Source: Eledone cirrhosa (lineage: Eukaryota). From it: DNA of 64,000 nucleotides. Positions 12,497 to 24,440 of the stretch are shown here, piece after piece (position 1 is the stretch's first letter; each line of letters begins with the position of its first letter). The position numbers were made by a program, and so were the translations under genes. The notes beneath the pieces were generated by a model. It was not told the DNA's origin. It worked only from the letters and a program-made list of their open reading frames with translations, and made no database searches. The stretch covers positions 46,190,001 through 46,254,000 of the forward strand of contig OZ024744.1 in NCBI GenBank assembly GCA_964016885.1, written 5' to 3'.

Positions 12497-13316
12497 GGAC
12501 TTGACTCCTTCTTCCACACTTTCCGTTGCTTCACCATTTTGTCTGTTTACACTCGTGTCCCCTTTAATTACGTGTCCCAACGACTTTTTTTTAGCCGTTG
12601 CTCGCACCAACCGGAGGAATATGGTCTTTAAAGCGATGAAATACCAATGATGGTTGGAAGATCACTGATGAAGGACTAACTTTATTCATATGTAACCCAT
12701 TAGCAACCCGCAGCACGTTTTTGTCATATTTACACATTTTTTTCCCCGCTGTTACACGACTATTTCGTTCTTACTGCTTCCTGTTTCTCTGTATCTTTAC
12801 CCTCTCTAGCAGTCACTCTCTCTGTTAGCCTCTTCCTCACCCTTCACTCACTCATTCACTGTTACTACCTCTCCTCCTCCCCCTTCTTCCCGTTTGACCT
12901 GTGCGTAATTCTTTTCTTTCGCACCCTTGGTCTGGCAAGTCGCCTTTTTTTTCTCTCTCTCTCGTCTACGATTTCACAGAACTTACGTTCACCGAAATCA
13001 CAGACTAGATCCCTTCTTACTCCCGTTAGACCTGTACGGAATTCCTTCCTTGCTTACATTCCAACCAGGTTTGATGGTCTTTATTCTCTCTCGTTCACGA
13101 TTTCACCGAATTTAAATTCATAGAAATTTGGGACTTGAATCCTTCTTCCACACTTTCCGTTGCTTCACCATTTTGTTGTTTACACTCGTGTCCCCTTTAA
13201 TTACGTGTCCCAACGACTTTTTTTAGCCGTTGCTCGCACCAACCGGAGGTATATGGTCTTTAAAGCGATGAAATACCAATGATGGTTGGAAGATCACTGA
13301 TGAAGTACTAACTTTA

Positions 13317-13318
<2 letters not shown>
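12493..13318 (+). repeat. Element bounded by ~195-bp direct repeats and flanked by (TA)n (partial-tandem pLTR-like)
   Basis: About 12493-12687 matches about 13126-13318. Each repeat ends in CACTGATGAAG(G/T)ACTAACTTTATT. Confidence 0.7.
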
Positions 13319-13351
<33 letters not shown>

Positions 13352-13726
13352 TAAAAATACGAGAAATCAGTGATGCATCTGGACTCAGTTTATTGCGTGC
13401 TACAATTGTTTCGCCAGCAGATAGCTCGAGACATGATCACTGTATGGAACTGGCTGATTCTACGGCTGCAGGTTCCTTCGGACATATGCAATTCTTTCGG
13501 AGCAAATTTTCTCACTGGGGTGTCCTCATAAAAAAAATACCTTCAAAAAACATCTTCCACTCTTGTCATGCCATTTGTCTGTTGTTTTTCTATGTCATCA
13601 TAAATTCTGGTCACTATTTACTGCTACACTGGTCATCAGCCATTTTACGTCCGACTCACTTCAATGGAGCCACGCTGGGTTTGGTATCTCACACACACAA
13701 ATACACACACACACATATTCACACAC

Positions 13727-13815
<89 letters not shown>

Positions 13816-14055
13816 CATATATATATATACAGATATGTATATATAACATCCATACACACACACACCTATATGTAATATAGGTGTGTGTGTGTGTATGCAC
13901 GTACACACACACACACAAGTATATATATATCACGGATATACGCCCCACAGGGAACAATTGGTATATAATAGGTGTTAATTTGAAGCAGAAAATATTGGGG
14001 ACCATTGAAGACAACAAATCGTCCTTTTTATTTTATTACAATTATTATTATTACC

Positions 14056-14151
<96 letters not shown>

Positions 14152-14530
14152 ACACACACACACGCACACGCACACACACACACACACACACTTATATATA
14201 TATATATACACACACACAACTATATATATATATATATATACACACACAACTATATATATATATATACACAGTTCAAGAGTAACCAATCTTAAAGTGAGAG
14301 ATGGAGATAGGAGAGGAGATATTGGTGAATTAGTTAGAAGCCAAAGCGTAAAGGAATGTGCTGAATATGCAATATGCAGTAGAAAGCAGCTAGGTGGCTG
14401 GGTTCATGCAGAAGTTAGGTGCGCAGAGCTGGAAATATGCATTAGTTAAGCAAAACAAGACCACAAATTTCACAAGGAAGACATTATTAAAAGATTGTCA
14501 CAAGGAAGACATTATTAAAAGATTGATAGG

Positions 14531-14722
14531 GCGGTGGATTGGCAGTATCGGTAGAGGGTCGGACGCCATGCTTTGCAAGCACAGAGTTACGGTCCTTTAT
14601 GGACTGAGTTCAAATCCCGCCGAGGTTAACTTTGCCTTTCATCTTTACGGGGTCGATAAAATAAAGTACCAGTAATACACTGGGATAATTGCTGGCCTTG
14701 TGCCTAAAATAGAAACAATTAT
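14531..14722 (+). mobile_element. Full-length tRNA-derived SINE
   Basis: A box TGGCAGTATCGG and B box GAGTTCAAATCC. ATTATTAAAAGATTG occurs on both sides (TSD-like). Confidence 0.88.
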
Positions 14723-14942
14723 TAAAAGATTGTCAACATATTTTAGTTTGATGTAAGGAATGTAGAGAATAATAATAGTAATATTAATAATAATAATGTC
14801 CGTTTACAATTGTTTCGCTACTCCATATAATATTTCTGGATCAGATGACTATATATCATAATTGATCTGGTTCAGTTGAAAATAATTAACATATTTTAAA
14901 GACAGAGCGGCTCATTGGAACTTCAAAGGAATATAAATTAAA

Positions 14943-15130
14943 ATAATTGTTTCTACTTTAGGCACAAGGCCAGCAAATTATCCAGTACATTACTGGTACT
15001 TTATTTTATCGACCCCGTAAGGATGAAAGGCAAAGTTAACCACGGCGGGATTTGAACTCAAACTGTAAAGGGACGTAACTATGCTAGAAAGCATGGCGTC
15101 CGACTCTCTACCGATACTGCCAATTCACCA
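14943..15130 (-). mobile_element. tRNA-derived SINE, same family, opposite orientation
   Basis: Reverse complement of 14531-14722. Confidence 0.88.
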
Positions 15131-15572
15131 ATTAAAATAATGAGAGAATGTTACATAATATAATGTTCCATATATTGATTTTTCACTATGGTGTGTTGGT
15201 TGCATCAGTTGTCAGGCATAATCAAGCAGTACTCATCTGTCAAGGCTGCATTGCGTGAGATCTGCCTATGGGTAACAAGATGGCTGCCAAAGGACATATT
15301 TACCTTACTAATTAGAGGGTGGTTTCAGGGGAAGTAACTCCTCGAGAGATTAGAAATTGTGGGTATTTATAGTTAAGTGCTAATTTTTTAATTAGTATAA
15401 GACGGAGTATAAGACGGAAGGATGAGAGAGGAGGAGAAATGAGTGAGAGAGAGAGAGAGAGAGAGATAGCCTTTAATACTGAGAAACACTGTCTCACAGA
15501 GAATATTTAAAAAAACCGTTGTAAGATAATACATAATTTTAAAAAAAATCATTTCATGTCTCCCTAGTTTAT

Positions 15573-15628
15573 CTGATGAGAACGCAAATATCATCACATG
15601 ACGATATTTGTTTTTGAAATACGCATAA
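15573..15628 (+). ncRNA. Type-I hammerhead-like motif
   Basis: CTGATGA-gaac-GCAAATATC-atcacatgac-GATATTTGT-tttt-GAAA-tacgca, followed by a diverged copy of the same tail family as 10179 and 16049. Confidence 0.6.
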
Positions 15629-15782
15629 TAAAATACATGGAACTCTTTTAACCACCTTTTGATCTTATATTATTTATGCTCCAGTCCTATAAATTGTTGA
15701 GTGCTAATTATCCGATATTTGCATTGCTTTATTGTGTTACAATAAAACTCACCTCCTACATATATATATATATATATATATA

Positions 15783-16149
15783 TACGATATTAAATAAATG
15801 GAAACTATATTTATAAAACCATATTTATTTCATTATATATATTTCAGGGATATCATATTAACAATATGTTATGCCTTCTTCAGACAAAATACAATATAGA
15901 CAGTTTTATAGATAAATAGATTTGACATACCGTTCAACATCGACTTGTATTTGAAAAAGTTGATTTGGCAGTCTTTTTCAAATACAAGTCGATGTTGAAC
16001 GGTATGTCAAATCTATTTATCTATAAAACTGTCTATATTGTATTTTGTCTGAAGAAGGCATAACATATTGTTAATATGATATCCCTGAAATATATATAAT
16101 GAAATAAATATGGTTTTATAAATATAGTTTCCATTTATTTAATATCGTA
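15783..16149. mobile_element. Perfect fold-back element (177-bp arms, 13-nt loop) with a hammerhead-like motif on each strand
   Basis: 15783-15959 is the reverse complement of 15973-16149. CTGAAGA-AGG...CCT-GAAA-TATA-TA lies at 16049-16096 (+) and about 15836-15883 (-). Confidence 0.85.
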
Positions 16150-16235
16150 AATATACTCCAAATACTTGTTGAGTGCTTTTATATCAGTTATAAATATTTA
16201 CTAGTTGTAACCCAACAATTTAAATATAACTTTCC

Positions 16236-16266
<31 letters not shown>

Positions 16267-16943
16267 CACATACACACACTGACACACATATGTATATATA
16301 TGTGTGTGTGTGTGTGGACACTTTAGAAATAGCAACGATAAAAACAGAAAGGACACACACATATGTATATATATGTGTGTGTGTGTGTGTCCTTCCTTCT
16401 GTTTTTATCGCTGCTATTTCAAAGTGTCCATACATGCTAGAAATAGCAGTCAAATACCAACAACTAGGACCAAATCAACTGCACACCCGCAACATTTTTG
16501 TCTCGATTTTTGCGATTAAGTAAGACAAGAGTAACCTTTCTTGGCAAAAACACCCTGGTTTGTTTACATTAAATTTTCTATTGTTTAAAATATTTTTACT
16601 GATTTTAAGCCAAAGTTTTTTAATAGCTGCCACTTCCGGTTTGTGTTGTGCCTCTACAGGACAGAAGTAAACCTGCTAGAAATAGCACCCACAGCAACAC
16701 ATTCGCATATATTTATATATCAAGGATTCCCAACAAGGGGTGCACGCCCCACTGGGGTTAATTTGAATATAATAGGGGTCAATTTGAAAGTGATATAATA
16801 CGACCCAACATCCAGTTACACTTCGTCTACACATGTTATCGTGTATCTGGCAGCACCTACGAGAAGTTTGTTTAGATTTTGGAGGGGCATGGTGCAGAAA
16901 GGACACACACGTATATATATATATTTATGGATATGTGCATGAT

Positions 16944-16974
<31 letters not shown>

Positions 16975-16975
16975 C

Positions 16976-17034
16976 CTGATGATTTCTAATGAATGAAACA
17001 GTTCTAGTCCTGTAGAATCTCATCTATATTAAAA

Positions 17035-17036
<2 letters not shown>
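16976..17036 (+). ncRNA. 5'-truncated hammerhead core inserted in a (TA)n tract
   Basis: CTGATGA-tTTC-taat-GAAt-GAAAC-agttcta-GTC. The 5' strand of stem I is missing. Confidence 0.55.
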
Positions 17037-17085
<49 letters not shown>

Positions 17086-17870
17086 GCGTGCGCACACACA
17101 CGCATAAATATATATTATATATCTATATATATGTTATGTATATATATATATATATGGCATTTTCTAACATGAATGTAGTTTGACGCTTACACTTCACTTC
17201 TTTCTCCCTTTCTTTCTTCCCCTTCTTCTTTGACGGAGTGGTAGTACATGATACGCCTGCGCCCCTTACCAGATATTCACTGGTAGTTTTCAGTTGCCAA
17301 CACTTTGAGGGCGGCTGGCTGTGAAGCTAGTTGGTCAGCCGCCCTCTCTGTCTCTGGTTTCTCGGACCCATGGCTTTTTACATATTCCTTTGTTATATTC
17401 CAATACCTGATGATATCACCGAATTCATATGGAACCCGGTCTTTGAAATGATCATAGTATAATAAACCTTTCAAGGATTTACACCAGTCCAGCCTCCTGT
17501 TATTTCATTTACATATATATATATATATACACAACCATATATATATATATATCAGTTGTTCCCAACCTTTTCTGCACCATGCCCCTCCTCAATCTAAAAT
17601 ATGTTTATGTTCCCCTTTAATATAAAAACAATCCGAGTCTTGTAAAACTAATATAAAGTAGAAATCCTTTAATGTACTGGGGCCGGTATTAACAAAATAA
17701 TATATTGGATGTGTTGCCCCAGCATGGCCTTGCTCGATTGACCACCTAAAGCAATAACAAAAAAAAAATTTAAAATTATCTTAACGTCTGAGAATCCGTG
17801 GTGAAAATTGAACTTACGACCGCAGATTATCTAAACATCGAAAACAAACTTTATAGAAATATAAATATAT

Positions 17871-19695
17871 ATATTGTTATACTTTGGGAGGGTCATGTTG
17901 CCAATAAGAAACACACGCACCAGTTGCTTTCACTTCAATTTATTATAATAAATTTATAAATTTAGGAATTTATAAATTTCTGGTTGGTTGGTTAAGTTAG
18001 CTATGTCATAGCTAACTTATTCATGGTATGGTGGGACAGTTGACTTAAACTTAAACTTAAAGAACAATTAGAAGACCCCTTAACCCTGATAATGTACTCC
18101 CGCTAAGTTGATGATATAAACATCGTAGTTAAGACACCCCCACTAGAGAACAGTCAGGAACTAGAGAAAAACACAATGGAAAGCATCCAGCAAATAGCTA
18201 ACTCCATCCTCCAGAGTATTAGAGTTACTATAGACTACCCAAGTAAACACCCCAACCATCGATTACCTGTACTAGACACAGAGCTCTGGTTAGATACCAT
18301 TAATAACAAAAAACAAATCCTCCATTCCCATTATGCCAAACCCATGACTTCCAAACATCTGATCCACCGAAACTCGGCTGTTTCGGACCATACCAAAATC
18401 AACATACTGATTGCGGATTTGGTACGGGTGGTGAGAAACGTCTTCCGCATGTGCAACCCCGAAGAACTAGAGAGACACATACAACACTTCATCCACCGTA
18501 TGCAGTTCTCTGGTTACAATCAGAGAGATAAAATCAGAGTGTATAGAGGAGCCAGAACCAAATGGGGAAAAATGGTAAATAATGACACAAATGGGACCTG
18601 CCCCTTGCATAGGAGCAAATTTTGGAATAGAATAGAAAGAACTAGGAATAAGGCTAATAAAATAAACTCATGGTATGATAGCAGTAAATACCAGAGTGTA
18701 ATGTTCGTCGATACAACCCCTAGAGGTGAATTAGCTTACAAATTTAGAAGGGCCCTAGATAAACATAAACTCAATATTAAGATAGTAGAAAGACCATGTA
18801 CCTCCGTAAAATCACTTATTAGCAAGACATACCATTTTCAAAGACCACCTGTATAGATAAGAAATGTATAACCTGTAAAATAAGCCTCCATATTAACTGT
18901 AAAACTAGAAATGTAGTGTATAGCATAAGATGTACTGAAGGACAATGTAGAGACAAAAATATAGTGTACATAGGTGAGACAGCCCGTAGTGTAGGGGAAC
19001 GGATAAATGAACACTGGCGAGACCTTCAAGATAGTAAAGAATCATCTGTACTCTACCAACATGCTAAAATAGAACATAAGGGTAAATTAGAGAACATAGA
19101 AATAAAAATAGAATCTACACACAGAAAAGACGCAATGTTTAGACAAATCACAGAGGCAATAAACATAAAAGAAATACAACCAAAATTAAATAGAAACTAT
19201 GAGTGGAACAGCAACATCACAACTTATAATTAAGGACAAAATCAAAACACACACATAGAACAAACAACCAACCGGTAACATGTAAATAAACAAATAAATA
19301 AACAAATATAAACACACACAGACACTCGGATGTGGCACATGCGCAGACTGAGCACACAACACACACACAGAAACAAAATGGCGTAGGACAGAACAAAGGA
19401 GAGGCACAAAAACAAAGAAAATATTCCCCAGTCACTGATGAGGTCACAGAATGTGTGACGAAAGAACCTTGACAATATATAAACAACTATCTGGTTGTGG
19501 AACCAACCAACCAACCAGAAATTTATAAATCTATAAATTCCTAAATTTATAAATTTATTATAATAAATTGAAGTGAAATCAACTGGTGCGTGTGTTTCTT
19601 ATTGGCAACATGACCCTCCCAAAGTATAACAATATCGGTTTCAACACACAATTTCAGATAAAGAATGTTGCTAAACAAATTCAGAAATGAAATAA
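17871..19695 (+). mobile_element. 5'-truncated Penelope-like retroelement (RT C-terminal half + GIY-YIG) with inverted pLTR
   Basis: In-frame YSR*VDDI at 18095-18118; LPVLD and HYAKP in ORF 18176-18856; VYSIRC..VYIGETAR..RINEH in 18916-19233. 17871-17993 is the reverse complement of about 19505-19635. Confidence 0.92.
19421..19478 (+). ncRNA. Hammerhead-like motif in the PLE 3' pLTR
   Basis: ATATT-cccca-GTCA-CTGATGA-g-GTCACA-gaatg-TGTGAC-GAAA-gaacct-TGAC-AATAT. Stems I and II pair; the cleavage triplet is non-canonical. Confidence 0.7.
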
Positions 19696-22600
19696 ATATA
19701 TATAAATATATATATAATAAAGTATGTCCATAGAATTATTTGATAAAATATATACACCATTTCCTCTCCCAATCAGCATAATTAACCACACAAAAAACCC
19801 ATTAAACCAGGCTATAAGATTAAAAGACACCTATCAAGAAATAATAGATAAACAGCCATAGAATATTTACCCAGCATTTTCAACAGCACGTGGGAATCGA
19901 TTAAATATATCGTCAACCATACACAATTAGATATAAAATCAAAGTTAGAAGAAAAAATGTATATAAACATACCAAAATTATATATGTATAGATATATGTC
20001 AAGTCACTCTCGAGTGCTACTGTTAACATGTAACCCAGTACAACCTGTCGCATGGTCGGGTCGTCGGCGACTAAACCGGCAACCCCATCAAGTTTACTTG
20101 GTGATGAGGGTGATTTAGGACATCCTGCAGGACAAAAACAAAACCTGACAAAGGGCGGAAGAACTAATAAGAGTCAACGGCCATCCAAAAATTGTGTAAA
20201 TGAGTATATAGTGTATATTTGGTAGCTTTGGTCAGCAATCTGTTTAGGAGAGGGACCATTCTGATTTCAAAGCCAGGGCGGACAGAGCTCTTTGGCCTTG
20301 ATAGGCAATCTGTCAAACCGATCCTGACTAGGTTAAAGGACGATATTCGTAAGAGGGTGTTCGATCAGTAGATAAGGCAATGATCAAGTAACTGTGAATG
20401 TGGTTCATACTACTAGTGGCAAGGCGATCATATCAACTATTGTTTGGATATTTCGGTGAGACACAACCGCTCATACACAGAGTGGGGCTTTCACAACACG
20501 TCATTATTTTGAGCAGTGAAAACAATTACACGCAAAGACAAAACCACGTTTATGGTATAAATGAAGTCGTAGAGTAATATTCTATTAGGTGGTTCGTGGA
20601 GACCTTCCTTGGCAATGAACGGAAAAAAACGAAGATAATACGTCATTATGTGGTGCGTGGAGAACAATTACATGCAAAGACAAAACCACGTTTATGGTAT
20701 AACTGAAGTCATAGACTAAAATTCTATTTAGGAAACCGAATGATTCTCGGCTTCAGAGTTAAGAATAAAGTAAATAAATTACAGAGGTTATTGAAATCAA
20801 CAATATTTAATTATATAGATGCACGCATCCATATACGTACATACACATGCATACGCGGAAACACCCGCCATGGGTATGCAAATACAGGCACGTTTACTCT
20901 GAAGCCGAGAATCATTCGGTTTCCTAAATAGAATTTTTTTTACTTAGTTCCAGGTCACTGAAACTCATTAATTTGAAAGGTATTAGTAGATTATATGCTA
21001 CATTGAATACAGAAATTGCCTCTAAAGGACTAGAACTCTCCAATTCGAAGGAAATAGTAGATTATATGCCACATGTAATGGCTTCTAAAGTGGTAAAGCT
21101 CATTAATTCAAAGGAAATAGTACAGATTGATTTTTTTAGTTTCAGAAGATCCCGTTAATGGTGAAAGCAGTTATTCTTTGCTTAAACTTTAATCTGTTAT
21201 TATAATAAATATTTTCTCTAGGATTCTTATATATTTGATATATATTTATCCTTATTGAGCCGTCTTTGGATTTTAGTCTCCAAATTTATTATTATTACTA
21301 TATATATATCATCATCCTCATCAGGTCGAGCTTGCTGCGCCTTTTTAGCTTTCAATAGCTGGATATACACTTGCGGTCGCTACTCCATACAAGTGAAAGC
21401 AGTACTCTGTGTTAGAGCGGTTGTGCCTCACCGAAATATCCAAACAATAGTTGATATGATCGCCTTGCCACTAGTAGTATGAACCAAATTCACAGTTACT
21501 TGATCATTGCCTTATCTATTGATCCGACATTCTTCTTACCAATGTCGTCGTTTAACCCAGTCAGGATTGGTTTGATAGATTGCCTATCAAGGCCAAAGAG
21601 CTCTGTCCACCCTGGCTTTGAAATCAGAATGGTCTCTCTCCTAAACAGATTGCTGACCAAGGCTACCAAATATTCACTATATACACATTTACACAATTTT
21701 TGGATGGCCGTTGACTCTTATTAGTTCTTCCCCCCTTTGTCAGGTTTTGTTTTTGTCCTGCAGGATGTCCAAAATCACCCTCATCAACAAGTAAACTTGA
21801 TGGGGTTGCCGGTTTAGCCGCCGACGACCCGACTATGCGACAGGTTGTACTGGGTTACATGTTACCAGTAGCACTCGAGAGTGACCTGACATATATATAT
21901 ATACATATATATATATTTAATTTTGGTATGTTTATATACATTTTTTCTTATAACTTTGATTTTATACCTAATTGTGTATGGTTGACGATATATTTAATCG
22001 ATTCCCACGTGCTGTTGGAAATGCTGGGTAAATATTCTATGGCTGTTTATCTATTAATATATTGTATATATATATATATATATACAATATATTAATAAAT
22101 AGAAACTATATTTATAAAACCATAATTAATTTATTATATATATTTCAAGGGCAACCACGGCAAATTATGGTGCGCTTTCTTTTCCACTATCCAGGGAACT
22201 TCAACCGTTAAGGTTGTCTTTTTCCGGGTATGTCAATATTTATTTATAAAACAAATCTGCATTTTATCTGATGAAAGCGCACCATAATTTGCCTTGGTTG
22301 CCCTTGTAATATATATAATAAAGGAATTATGTTTATATAAATATTGTTTCCATCTATTAGTATACGGATTCGGGTATGTATTTATTTAATTTCAATTACC
22401 TCTGTATTGTATTTTATTTACTTTATTCTTTACTCTGAAGAGGATAATCATTCGGCTTGTTACAATTTTAGTCTACGACTTCAGCTATACCATTTACGTG
22501 GTTTTGTCTTTGCGTGCAATTGTTCTCCACGCGCCACATATGACGTATTATCTTCGTTTTTTCCGTTCATTGCCAGAGAACGTCTCTATGAACCACCTAA

Positions 22601-22895
22601 GAGAACATTAGTCTACGACTTCTTTTATACCATAAACGTGGTTCTGTCTTTGCGTGTAATTGTTTTTCGCCGCTCCAAATAATGACGTATTATATTCGTT
22701 TTTTCCCGTTCTGTGCCAGGGAACTTTTCCACGAACCAAAGTATCGTCTTCCTGTCTTCCTCCGGTTGCAACGTTTTTTGAAATATCCGCTTCTGCGTTT
22801 ACAGATTGACTTTGTTAGTTTCAGAAGATCCCGTTAAGGGTGAAAGCAGCGATTCTTTGCTTCAACTTTAATCTGTTATTTTAATAAATATATAA

Positions 22896-22926
<31 letters not shown>

Positions 22927-22957
22927 AAAGAATAGAGGTGTTACACACGAGTTATGA

Positions 22958-23758
22958 TATATTGGTAAAAGGAAAAGAAAATGCTGACAAATTGCTTCCA
23001 GTGAAAAATAGTTTAATTAGGAATAAGTAAAAATTAGTAATAGTATTGGTTAGTATTCAGTTTTGGTTTTAAGTTTTACCGGTTGCGCATTTCTAATGCT
23101 TTTCAAAAATAATTTTGAGATAGAGCGCCCGTGATGTTTGCTCTAATCTCATTTTAGAGATTAGAGCAAACATCACGGGCGCTATATCTCAAAATTATTT
23201 TTGAAAAGCATTAGAAATGCGCAACCGGTAAAACTTAAAACCAAAACTGAATACTAATCTAATCTAAGGCGGGTAAAATTCCCGAGATCCATGGACGAGT
23301 TCTCTCCAGCGGTCTCTGTCCCTCATTATCGCTGCCATGTCCTGCGTCTCCAACAGACCAGTGTCTGTCCTTAGGGCATCAACATACGTTAACCTTGGTC
23401 TTCCTCTTCTAGTGTGTCCATGTAAGGGCTCCCAAAGGAGCACTGAGTGCAATGTCGGTGGGCATGTCCAGCTAACGTCAGTGTTCTCTGTGTCACTTTT
23501 GAGCTGCCTTTTGGGATGCTCCCATACAGCTCTGATTTTTCCATCCTCAGTGTATAGTGATTAATGTTCAGAGCCATCCACAGCATTCTCGTGTAGCACC
23601 CATCCACCATCTGAGTGAGTTTCTTGGTCAGTGTCCAAGTCTCAGACCCATACAGCAGCACAGACTCCACTACAGCAATACTATTACTAATTTTTACTTA
23701 TTCCTAATTAAACTATTTTTCAATGGGAACAATTTGTCAGCATTTTCTTTTCCTTTTA

Positions 23759-23765
<7 letters not shown>
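22958..23765. mobile_element. Fold-back PLE pLTR element (~190-bp arms, 6-nt loop); right arm split by a LINE fragment
   Basis: About 22958-23150 pairs with 23157-23256 plus 23676-23765. The arm matches 54768-54970, downstream of the GIY-YIG ORF. Confidence 0.85.
23257..23674 (-). mobile_element. 3' fragment of an RTE-like LINE (different family)
   Basis: ESVLLYGSETWTLT and RRGRPRLTYVD. (TAGAT)n tail at about 23254-23267. Confidence 0.85.
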
Positions 23766-23821
<56 letters not shown>

Positions 23822-24272
23822 GTAATAATAATACATTTGAAGACTAAAATCCGAAGAGGGCTCGATAAAGATAAATATATATCAAATATATAAGAACCCT
23901 AGAGCAAATATTTATTAAAATAACAGATTAAAGTTTAAGCAAAAAATCAGAAGATCCCGTTAAGGGTGAAAGCATCGATTCTTTGCTTAGACTTTAATCT
24001 GTTATTTTAATAAATATATATGTATATATATAAACACATATAATATATATAACATCCAAACACACACACGCGCATATATCTACACACACGCAGATCTATG
24101 TAATATAGGTGTGTGTGTGTATGTATGCACGTACGCACACACACAAGTATATATATATCAGGGATATACGCCACACAGGGAGCAATTTGTATATAATAGG
24201 GACCAATTTGAAACAGAAAAGGTTGGGGACCACTGAAGACAACAAATCGTTCTTTTTATTGTATTACAATTA

Positions 24273-24390
24273 AGTTCAAATCCCGCCAAGGTTAACTTTG
24301 CCTTTCATCCTTACGGGGTCGATAAAATAAAGCACCAGTAATACACTGAGTAATTGCTGGCCTTGTGCCAAATGTAGAAACAATTATTAT
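24273..24390 (+). mobile_element. tRNA-derived SINE, 3' half
   Basis: GTTCAAATCCCGCC...GGGGTCGATAAAATAAAG. Confidence 0.85.
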
Positions 24391-24391
24391 T

Positions 24392-24438
<47 letters not shown>

Positions 24439-24440
<2 letters not shown>

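Noticed and set aside
14531-14625. tRNA gene
   Set aside because: A and B boxes are present but spaced too widely and followed by a SINE body; no cloverleaf.
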